From Syntrophales bacterium (GTDB taxonomy: Bacteria > Desulfobacterota > Syntrophia > Syntrophales > UBA6807), in contig JAXGPA010000004.1 in NCBI GenBank assembly GCA_040767195.1, forward strand, positions 173,738-237,737: a stretch of DNA of 64,000 nucleotides. Reading direction: 5' to 3'. Both the position numbers and the translations under genes were made by a program. The stretch's first letter is position 1; each line of letters starts with the position of its first letter. Under the pieces are notes generated by a model that saw only the letters and a program-made list of their open reading frames with translations, was not told where the DNA came from and made no database searches. Shown in pieces: positions 11,406 to 18,836 of this stretch.

Positions 11406-12569
11406 TCACAGTTTCAACTGCTCCTGGATATTCCGGATAATCAGGAGTGCGTCGGCCCCGGAAACGGGTCCCAGGGGAACGAACTCGCCGGAGGTGATGT
11501 CCTGGGCTTCCATGATGCCCCGGGTGGTCACCACCATGACGGCGTTGAAATAGGGAAGATCGCTCCGGAGGTCAGGGAAAGGCGACGGGGAACCAATGAA
11601 CTTGGTGGCAAGCCCCGGATCCTGTCCCACCTTCATGAGAATGTCCTCGATCATCATGGCATAGGCCGCCCGGGTGATCAGGTCGCCGGGGTAAAATCTC
11701 CCGTCGGGATTCACCTCGAGACCCCGAACGCCCATGGCGAGGATCCCCTCGACGTCGTTCTTCAGGGGGTGATCACCGATATCCGAGGCGGAGGGGAGGG
11801 CCGCCTTCTCCTTCGCCATCTTGTACTTTTCCGGGTCCACGAAGGACGTGTCGAAGGTCCTCACGCCGAAACGCTTGTAAAGCTCGTCGATCTTCAGCTC
11901 CTCCATGAAGAGGGCCGCCAGGTCCGCCCGGGTGATCTTGTCCACCAAGGCGATCTGTTTACCCGTCCGGCTCCCCGGCATGGCCCGCTCGATCTTCTGC
12001 ATGAGCTTCCATTCCCTGTCCGCCTCGCGGGTGTATTCGCCCTTCAGCTCGATGACCTGGACGAACATGTCCCCGGCCTTGCGGAACTCGTAGGCCGTCT
12101 TGTAGGCGATTCCCATGAAATAGTAAGCCGCCGACGATTCTGGCTGTTCGTCCAGGGCGTCCTCGAACTCGTCTTCCGCGTCATCGAGCCAGTCTTCGTC
12201 TGGTTTCGCCAGGGTCAGGTAGCGGATCATGGCGACATGATAAAAAGCCTTGTCTTCCTTGGTCTTGGCGTACTTGTCCGCCTTGTCCATCTGGTCCTCC
12301 GCCTCGTCGTAGTTCCCCTGGGAGGCCAGGACGAGCCCCTTTCCCGCGTAAGCCCGGGAGAATTTCGGATCGAGCTGGAGAGCCGACTCGAATTCCTCAA
12401 GCGCCTTGTCGTATTTTTGCTGGTCCAGGAACTTCATACCCGTGTAGGTGTGATGAGCCGGCGTGTCGAGCTGGCTTACGGGCTTTCGGGCCTTGGGTCC
12501 GCAGGCGAACAGAAGAGACAGGCCCGCGACGATGGCCAGGAAAACAATAAGTTTCCTATGCTTTTTCAT
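11406..12569 (-). CDS. Lipoprotein with TPR repeats and C-terminal S-layer homology (SLH)-like domains
   Basis: GAGGAG RBS; MKKHRK...LLFAC lipobox; TPR-like helices; SLH-like segments ITRADLAAL, ITRAAYAMMI, PFPDLRSDLPYFNAV. Confidence 0.75.
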   Translation of the reverse strand: MKKHRKLIVFLAIVAGLSLLFACGPKARKPVSQLDTPAHHTYTGMKFLDQQKYDKALEEFESALQLDPKFSRAYAGKGLVLASQGNYDEAEDQMDKADKYAKTKEDKAFYHVAMIRYLTLAKPDEDWLDDAEDEFEDALDEQPESSAAYYFMGIAYKTAYEFRKAGDMFVQVIELKGEYTREADREWKLMQKIERAMPGSRTGKQIALVDKITRADLAALFMEELKIDELYKRFGVRTFDTSFVDPEKYKMAKEKAALPSASDIGDHPLKNDVEGILAMGVRGLEVNPDGRFYPGDLITRAAYAMMIEDILMKVGQDPGLATKFIGSPSPFPDLRSDLPYFNAVMVVTTRGIMEAQDITSGEFVPLGPVSGADALLIIRNIQEQLKL

Positions 12570-12680
12570 ATCCTCCTCCTTGTCGTGGCTCTCTTTAACC
12601 CTGAAATGAATCCCGATAAACGATACGTCTTTGATTTTTAGCTTCATCAACCGATGAAGTCAAGGAAATTTACCTGTCTT

Positions 12681-13643
12681 TCAGCCTCTCACGCCATTCG
12701 TTTCCCGCCTCAGGAAGGCGTCGACCCGCCGAGCGATTCCTTCCCCGTCATCGGGAGAATACCACTCGATCTGTCTGTCCTTTTTGAACCACGTCTCCTG
12801 CCGCTTCGCATACAGCCGGGTTTCCCTCCCGATGGCCCCGGCGAGACCGGGAAGGTCCCCCTCGCCCCGGAGATACCGGAACACGGGGCGGTACGTGAGG
12901 GTCTGCAGGGGTTTCAGGCTCTCATCGTATCCCCGTTCGACAAGTCCTTCCGTTTCCGCGACGAGACCTTCCCGGATCATTTCCTCAACCCGGCGGTCGA
13001 TCCTCGCGAAGAGATCCTTCCGTTCCCTGGCGAGACCGATGGACAGAACCCGGTAGCGCCTCTGCCTGAAACCGTGCTCTTTCTGCTGTGCCGTTATGGT
13101 CCGTCCGGAAGACTCATACACCTCCAGGGCCCGCATGATGCGCACGGCGTCGTTTTTGTGTATCCTCCCGGCCGACTCGGGGTCCACCCGGGCGAGTCTC
13201 TCGAAAAGAAGGGAGAGCCCGTGACGAGCCATCTCCTCCCTCAATCGCTTCCTGACACGGGGATCCGCCCCGGTGAGCGACGCGAGGCCCCCGAGAAGGG
13301 CCCGGAGATAAAGGCCCGTCCCGCCGACCACCCAGATGACCTTCCCTGACCGGTGCAGGCTTTCGATGATCTCCCCGGCCCGGGCCGTGAAATCGGCGGC
13401 GCTGAAAGGCTCGTCCGGGTCGACCACGTCGATGAGGTGATGGGGGATGGCCTCCCGGACGGACCGGGAGGGCTTCGCCGTACCGATGTCGAGGTAACGG
13501 TAAACCTGCATGGAGTCGGCACTGACGATCTCACCACCGAAAAACCCCGCGAGACGGATCACAAGGTCGGTCTTTCCCGTCGCCGTGGGACCGGTGAGCA
13601 CGACGAGACGGGGCCTCTCCTCCTCCGCAGCGCGGGCCTTCAT
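12681..13643 (-). CDS. miaA: tRNA (adenosine(37)-N6)-dimethylallyltransferase, copy 1
   Basis: GPTATGKT, VSADSMQVYRYLDIGTAKP, VGGTGLY, TRLYAKRQETWF; downstream of mutL. Confidence 0.95.
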   Translation of the reverse strand: MKARAAEEERPRLVVLTGPTATGKTDLVIRLAGFFGGEIVSADSMQVYRYLDIGTAKPSRSVREAIPHHLIDVVDPDEPFSAADFTARAGEIIESLHRSGKVIWVVGGTGLYLRALLGGLASLTGADPRVRKRLREEMARHGLSLLFERLARVDPESAGRIHKNDAVRIMRALEVYESSGRTITAQQKEHGFRQRRYRVLSIGLARERKDLFARIDRRVEEMIREGLVAETEGLVERGYDESLKPLQTLTYRPVFRYLRGEGDLPGLAGAIGRETRLYAKRQETWFKKDRQIEWYSPDDGEGIARRVDAFLRRETNGVRG

Positions 13644-13806
13644 TCCGGAAACCCTCCTCCCCCTGTCGTTCGGTTCAGGCGGCTTCGCAAAAGCAATCCA
13701 GCGGTTCCAGTCCCCGATTCGGAGAAACAGGCCGTCCCCGCCCGTTTCTCCCTTGAGATGCACCGGTGCCGATATGTCATGGGAGGGGTTGGAAGGACGT
13801 TTTCCT

Positions 13807-15627
13807 TCACCGGTGGAACATCCTGTCCAGTTCCTTCCGGCCCAGGAAAACGATCACCGGTCTTCCGTGGGGGCAGGTGGACGCCGAGGGGGTTTCATCC
13901 ATTTCCCTGAGCAGGGCCTTCACCTCCTCTTCCGCCAGGGGGGAACCGGCCTTTACGGCGCCCCGGCAGGCCAGGAACCTGAAACACTTTTCCTTCAGAG
14001 CGTCGAGCCGTTCCGCCCCGCCGACTTCGGACAGCGTTTCCAGGAGTTCCGGGAAAACGTTCTTCACCTCCCCCGGGGACAGGATCCCGGGACAGGATCT
14101 CAGGAGAACCGTCGAGCCCCCGTATGGCTCTGCGGAAATGCCGAGTTCGGCCAGATCCTCGCGGTGATTTTCAAAGATCCCGTACTGCCCGGGGGTGAGG
14201 CAGACGACCTCGGGAATGAGGAACCCCTGGACCTCTTCCTTTTTCCCGTGCCGCTTCTTCATTTTTTCGAAAAGGACCCGCTCGTGGGCGGCGTGCTGAT
14301 CCAGGAGAACGATCCCCCGGGGAGACAGCAGGACCAGGAAGGCCCCGTCGAACTGCCCCAGGTAGCGGAGAGACCCGTAGGAAAGCGGCGGCGTCCCCTC
14401 TTCCGCCTCATCGCCTGGCCGTTCAGGGCCCAGCCCCTTCATCTGCCCCTCTTCCACGGAAAAGAGCCCCGCCTGCAGGCGGGGACGGAGGGAATACCGC
14501 CTGGCCGTGCCTCGCCCCGTCTCCGGGAAGAAAGGGGCGGGTTTTTTTTCTTTTTCCGTCTCCCTTTCCCATATCGGGGAAACGCCCCCGTGCGGGGAGG
14601 TGAGACGGGAGAGGGCCGATGACAGGGCCTCGGCGACGACCGGGTATACCTGCCGGGGATCCCTGAAGCGCACTTCCAGCTTGGCGGGATGGACGTTGAC
14701 ATCCACTTCTTCGTGAGGCACGGTGAGAAAGAGAAACAACAACGGGTAGCGCCTGGGTTCGATGCGGTTTCTCAAGGCGGCGAAAACGGCGCCCGACAGA
14801 AGGCTGTCCCGGACCGGCCGGTTGTTGACGGCGAAATACATGGCCCGGGCGCTGGACCGGGTGTGCCCGGGCAGGGACACGTATCCCGCCACTTCCATTT
14901 CACCTGCCCTTCCCCGGAAAGGAACGTGTTTCTCGTGGAAATCCCTGCCGAAAAGAAGACACAGGCGGTCCGCCAGGCCCGTGTCGCCGGGAAGGGAAAG
15001 GAGTTCCCGGCCGCCGGCGACAAAGGAGAAGCGCACGTCCGGATGGCACAGGGCGAGGCCCGTGACGGCGTCTAAGCATTGGGCCTGTTCCGTCGCTTCT
15101 TTTTTCAGGAACTTTCTGCGGGCGGGTACAAAACGGAAAAGATCGGCCACCCGGACAATGGTCCCCTCGGGGCAGCCCGTTTCCTGGACCTCCTTGAAAA
15201 CGCCGCCCTCGATGACAATCCGGGTACCTGAGACACCCCCCCGCTCACGGGTGATCATTTCGACCCGGGAAACGGCGGCGATGCTTGGAAGGGCTTCTCC
15301 GCGAAAGCCGAAGGAGCGTATCCGGGACATCTCCTCGGCCGTGTAAATTTTGCTCGTGGCATGACGCTCGAAGGCGAGGACGGCGTCTTCCCGGTTCATC
15401 CCCCAGCCGTCGTCGGCGACGCGGATGGATTCCACTCCCCCTTTTTCGATTTCCACGGCGATGTCCGCCGCTCCCGCATCGAGGGCGTTTTCCACCAGTT
15501 CCTTCACCACCGACGCGGGACGGCCGACCACCTCCCCGGCAGCGATCTGGTTGACGAGAGTCCCGGGCATGACGGCGATCCTTCGTTTTGCCGTCCCGTC
15601 TCCCTTTTCCGTAGCCCGATGATCCAT
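13807..15627 (-). CDS. mutL: DNA mismatch repair endonuclease MutL
   Basis: NQIAAGEVV, KELVENALDAGA, RHATSKI, GFRGEAL, DVNVHPAK; endonuclease motifs DQHAAHERV, ACR, CPHGRP. Confidence 0.97.
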   Translation of the reverse strand: MDHRATEKGDGTAKRRIAVMPGTLVNQIAAGEVVGRPASVVKELVENALDAGAADIAVEIEKGGVESIRVADDGWGMNREDAVLAFERHATSKIYTAEEMSRIRSFGFRGEALPSIAAVSRVEMITRERGGVSGTRIVIEGGVFKEVQETGCPEGTIVRVADLFRFVPARRKFLKKEATEQAQCLDAVTGLALCHPDVRFSFVAGGRELLSLPGDTGLADRLCLLFGRDFHEKHVPFRGRAGEMEVAGYVSLPGHTRSSARAMYFAVNNRPVRDSLLSGAVFAALRNRIEPRRYPLLFLFLTVPHEEVDVNVHPAKLEVRFRDPRQVYPVVAEALSSALSRLTSPHGGVSPIWERETEKEKKPAPFFPETGRGTARRYSLRPRLQAGLFSVEEGQMKGLGPERPGDEAEEGTPPLSYGSLRYLGQFDGAFLVLLSPRGIVLLDQHAAHERVLFEKMKKRHGKKEEVQGFLIPEVVCLTPGQYGIFENHREDLAELGISAEPYGGSTVLLRSCPGILSPGEVKNVFPELLETLSEVGGAERLDALKEKCFRFLACRGAVKAGSPLAEEEVKALLREMDETPSASTCPHGRPVIVFLGRKELDRMFHR

Positions 15628-15652
15628 CGGTTCGTCCCGTTTGTTCTTCCCG

Positions 15653-15695
15653 AAAAAAGGGCCGCAGCCTTTCACTGCCTAAAGGCTGCGGCCCC
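15653..15695 (-). terminator. Rho-independent terminator at the end of the envelope operon
   Basis: Minus strand GGGCCGCAGCCTTT-loop-AAAGGCTGCGGCCC followed by T6, about 55 bp after the LPP20-like stop codon. Confidence 0.8.
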
Positions 15696-15750
15696 TGCTT
15701 ATCGTCTTTTCAATTCCAGGCTGACAAAACCCGTCAAAAACCGGTAAAGA

Positions 15751-16701
15751 TCAGTCGAGCACGATCATGACCCGGCACTTTTTCATGAAAGTGAGATTTT
15801 CCGCCGAAGCCCGGATCTGGTTCGCATCGGCATTCGAAATGGTGATATTCGATTTTCCGGACCCTTCCGCCTTCAGGGCCTTCACCGTAACGGGGTTATT
15901 CGTCACCCGCTGGTTCGTCTGGGCGGCGTTCAAGTCCCTGGCATACCCGCTGATTCCCTGCTGGACCGCGTACTCCCGGTCCACCACCATGGACCCGTAC
16001 ACTTCCTGGCCGCTTTCATCGAGAATCTTCGGGGACATGGCCGGCCGGGCCCCGACACCCCGGGCGTCCACCACCATGCCCGTGTAGACTACCGCGGGCT
16101 GAACCGTCGATGCCGCCGGAGCCTGGGGGGCCGGCGCAGCGGGGGCCGCCGGAACCTGCGGGGCCGCCGGGGCCTGCGGCGCGCTGTAGGGAACCGCAGG
16201 GGCCTGAGGGACAATGGCGGGAACGGACTGGATGACCGTGGGATAGATCACCTGGGTCAGGCCGCCGTTCAAGTTCATGCGAACGGTCACCTCCACCGTC
16301 CCGTCGGAGAGGTAGTCCGTTTTGACGATCTGGGCCCCTCTGACCATCCCTTCCACCTGGGTCCGGATGATGTCGCTTTCCACGGCGAAATCCTTGACGG
16401 TCGTTTCTGAATTGACCCGGACGCCCTGGGTGACTTCGAGAAGTTTCCTGTAGGCGTCGGCCGTGGCGGCCCGCATGGCCATGGGACGGGCCTGGGGTTT
16501 TCCGTAAAAACGCTCGGGAGGCGCGCCGATGCCGACGGCGTCAATCGTTCCGGTTGTCCAGTTGACGCTTCCCGACGCCCCGATCATTTCCACATACTGG
16601 CCCCCTCCGGCCGTTTGAGCGGCCGCCGTCGCGGCTGCCGCAAACAGGAACAGCAGAGACAACGTGACGACAATCGGCAGCATTCCTTTCTTTCTCATCA
16701 T
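15751..16701 (-). CDS. Exported LPP20-like protein with Pro/Ala-rich linker
   Basis: Strong RBS (GGAGG/AGGAG); Sec-type signal peptide; VNWTTGTIDAVGIG...AMRAATADAYRKLLEVTQGVRVNSETTV; C-terminal YTGMVVDARG...MSPKILDE domain. Confidence 0.65.
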   Translation of the reverse strand: MMRKKGMLPIVVTLSLLFLFAAAATAAAQTAGGGQYVEMIGASGSVNWTTGTIDAVGIGAPPERFYGKPQARPMAMRAATADAYRKLLEVTQGVRVNSETTVKDFAVESDIIRTQVEGMVRGAQIVKTDYLSDGTVEVTVRMNLNGGLTQVIYPTVIQSVPAIVPQAPAVPYSAPQAPAAPQVPAAPAAPAPQAPAASTVQPAVVYTGMVVDARGVGARPAMSPKILDESGQEVYGSMVVDREYAVQQGISGYARDLNAAQTNQRVTNNPVTVKALKAEGSGKSNITISNADANQIRASAENLTFMKKCRVMIVLD

Positions 16702-16863
16702 CTCCTCCTTTACCTCCTTTGCAGTCCCAAAAGATTTCATTTCTTTATGATTTCATGAATAACGTTTTTCCCTGCCCCTCATTTAATGTTTTTTTTCTCC
16801 CCTCTGTCAACGAAAAAATGCGGCCTGACACGCCGCGAACGACGGAAGATCCAAAAAAAGCAT

Positions 16864-17718
16864 TCACTTGTACTTCTTCAGATAGTAGCTTGCCGCCTTG
16901 TTCCCCGGCTGTACGGAGAGCATCTTCTTCCAGTACTGGACCGCTTCCTCCGTTTTTCCCTCTCCGTGAAGCCTGAGGGCCGTGTCCCCGTAAACCTTCG
17001 CCAGGTTCGAGGGGGCGTCCCGGTCTTTCGGATTGACTTTCATGACCTCCCGCCACTGGGCGATGGCCTCGTCCTTTTTTCCCTGGTTGTAGAGAATCCA
17101 CCCCCTGTCGTTCATGGCGTTCGTGTGGCTGGGCTTGAGGGCGATGGTCCTTTCATATTCCAGAAGGGCATTGTAGACCATGTCGAGGCTGCTGAAGGCC
17201 AGGCCCAGGCGGTAGTGGGTTTCCGGTTCCTCCGAATCGGCGTCCCGGGCCTTTTTGAGAAATTCGATGGCTTTCACGGGGTTGTGCCGGATGTTGTAGA
17301 TGGTGCCTATGAAATAATAGGCCTCGGCGTTGGCCGGGTCCAGGGAGATCACCTCCCGGAACTTGGCGAACCCCCGGTCCAGGTCGTTTTTCTGGAGATA
17401 GAGGTACCCCAGCCAGAGGTGGGCATAGGTGTTCCGGTAGTCGATCTCCACGACCCTGGAGAATTCCCCGAAGGCCTCGTCGAACCGCTCCTTCTTGGCG
17501 TACAGCGTCCCGAGCTGGTTGTGGGCGTACTCGTTTTCGGGAGCGAGGCGCAGGGCTTCCCGGAATTTGTCGATGGCCTCATCCACCCGGCCCCGGAAGT
17601 GAAGATCCGCCCCCTCGAAGAGAAGATCGTTCACGTCGGCGGAAAAGGCGGGAAAAGCCGCGAGGAGAAGGAAAACCAGGCCTGCGAGGATCACCGGCGG
17701 ACGGGGGCGTCTCTTCAT
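16864..17718 (-). CDS. Exported tetratricopeptide repeat protein
   Basis: Signal peptide ending AFS-A; about 7 consecutive 34-aa TPR-like units. Confidence 0.85.
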   Translation of the reverse strand: MKRRPRPPVILAGLVFLLLAAFPAFSADVNDLLFEGADLHFRGRVDEAIDKFREALRLAPENEYAHNQLGTLYAKKERFDEAFGEFSRVVEIDYRNTYAHLWLGYLYLQKNDLDRGFAKFREVISLDPANAEAYYFIGTIYNIRHNPVKAIEFLKKARDADSEEPETHYRLGLAFSSLDMVYNALLEYERTIALKPSHTNAMNDRGWILYNQGKKDEAIAQWREVMKVNPKDRDAPSNLAKVYGDTALRLHGEGKTEEAVQYWKKMLSVQPGNKAASYYLKKYK

Positions 17719-18827
17719 GATATCCCCCGAAAGACGGCGTCGGCGATTTTATCGAGAAAAGCGGGCTTCTTCAACTTGTCCTCGTCCTCGGGATTGGAAA
17801 TGAACCCCGTTTCGAGCAGGATGGCCGGCATCCGGGCCCTGCGAAGAACGAAGAAGTTGGCCGAATTGACGCCCCGGCTCCGAAAGGGCAGGTCCTCCTT
17901 GAACTTGGCTTGAAATGTTTCCGCGAATCGGCCGCTTTCCTTCCAGTTCATGCGCTGCTCGAAATAAAAAAGAAGTTCTTCTATGCTGAAGAAACCTTCT
18001 TCTTTCTTGAATTCCTCGTCGTACTTCAGGACCGAGTTTTCGAATTCCGCGAGCCGGGCCGCTTCGGCGTTGGAGGCTTTCTCGGCGCAGAAGTAGGTTT
18101 CCGAACCGTGGGCCTTCCGGTTTTCGTTGGCGTTGATGTGCAGGCTGACAAACAGGTCGGCCTGGTACTGGTTGGCGATGGCCGTCCGGTCGCTCAGGGG
18201 AATGTAATAGTCCGCCGTCCGGGTCAGGAAGGACTTCACCCGGCCCGCTGACTCCAGCCGGCGGTGAAGGCGGTTCGCCAGATCCAGGGTCACGTCCTTT
18301 TCCTTGAGGCCGGAAAGGCCGACGGCGCCCGAATCGAACCCCCCATGACCCGCGTCGATGACCACCCGGTTGACCCTGAACGCCAGGCCCTCCTGCGACT
18401 CAAGCCTGCCCAGGACCTTTTTTTCTTCCTCCCGGGCCCGGATCTCCAGGGGGGACAGGGGTTTCTCCTTTTTGGGCAGCCTGGGGAGGGGCTTTTGGGT
18501 CATCATGTCGATCATCCACCGGGAATACGTGTCCTCGGGGTTGATCCGCAGGGCCTGGCGGAAGGCCTCCACCGCCTCGGCGTTTTTGCCGAGCCCGTGA
18601 TAGGCCCGGCCGAGAAGACCGTAAGACCACTCACTGGAGGGATCGAGGGCCACGGCCCGGGTCAGGACCTCCACGGCCTTCCCGTATTCTCCCTTCTGGA
18701 TCAGGTCCTGTCCCTGGAGACCGAGATCGAAGGCCGTTTCGCCGAAAACGACGGCAGGGAAAACCCCGGCGAGGGGCGCGAGCAGAATCCCCTTTCCCAG
18801 GCAGTGGAGGAATTTCCGGCGGTTCAC
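17715..18827 (-). CDS. N-acetylmuramoyl-L-alanine amidase (Amidase_3) with N-terminal TPR region and twin-arginine signal
   Basis: MNRRKFL signal; TPR helices; VVIDAGHGG, EKDVTL, FVSLHIN, AILLETGFISN zinc/catalytic motifs. Confidence 0.9.
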   Translation of the reverse strand: MNRRKFLHCLGKGILLAPLAGVFPAVVFGETAFDLGLQGQDLIQKGEYGKAVEVLTRAVALDPSSEWSYGLLGRAYHGLGKNAEAVEAFRQALRINPEDTYSRWMIDMMTQKPLPRLPKKEKPLSPLEIRAREEEKKVLGRLESQEGLAFRVNRVVIDAGHGGFDSGAVGLSGLKEKDVTLDLANRLHRRLESAGRVKSFLTRTADYYIPLSDRTAIANQYQADLFVSLHINANENRKAHGSETYFCAEKASNAEAARLAEFENSVLKYDEEFKKEEGFFSIEELLFYFEQRMNWKESGRFAETFQAKFKEDLPFRSRGVNSANFFVLRRARMPAILLETGFISNPEDEDKLKKPAFLDKIADAVFRGIS

Positions 18828-18836
18828 GGGCGGCTC

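Noticed and set aside
9207..12641. 1144-aa plus-strand ORF, and similar long antisense ORFs such as 1307-4153, 25649-27220 and 20115-21698
   Set aside because: Shadow ORFs opposite well-supported genes in GC-rich DNA; no recognisable motifs.
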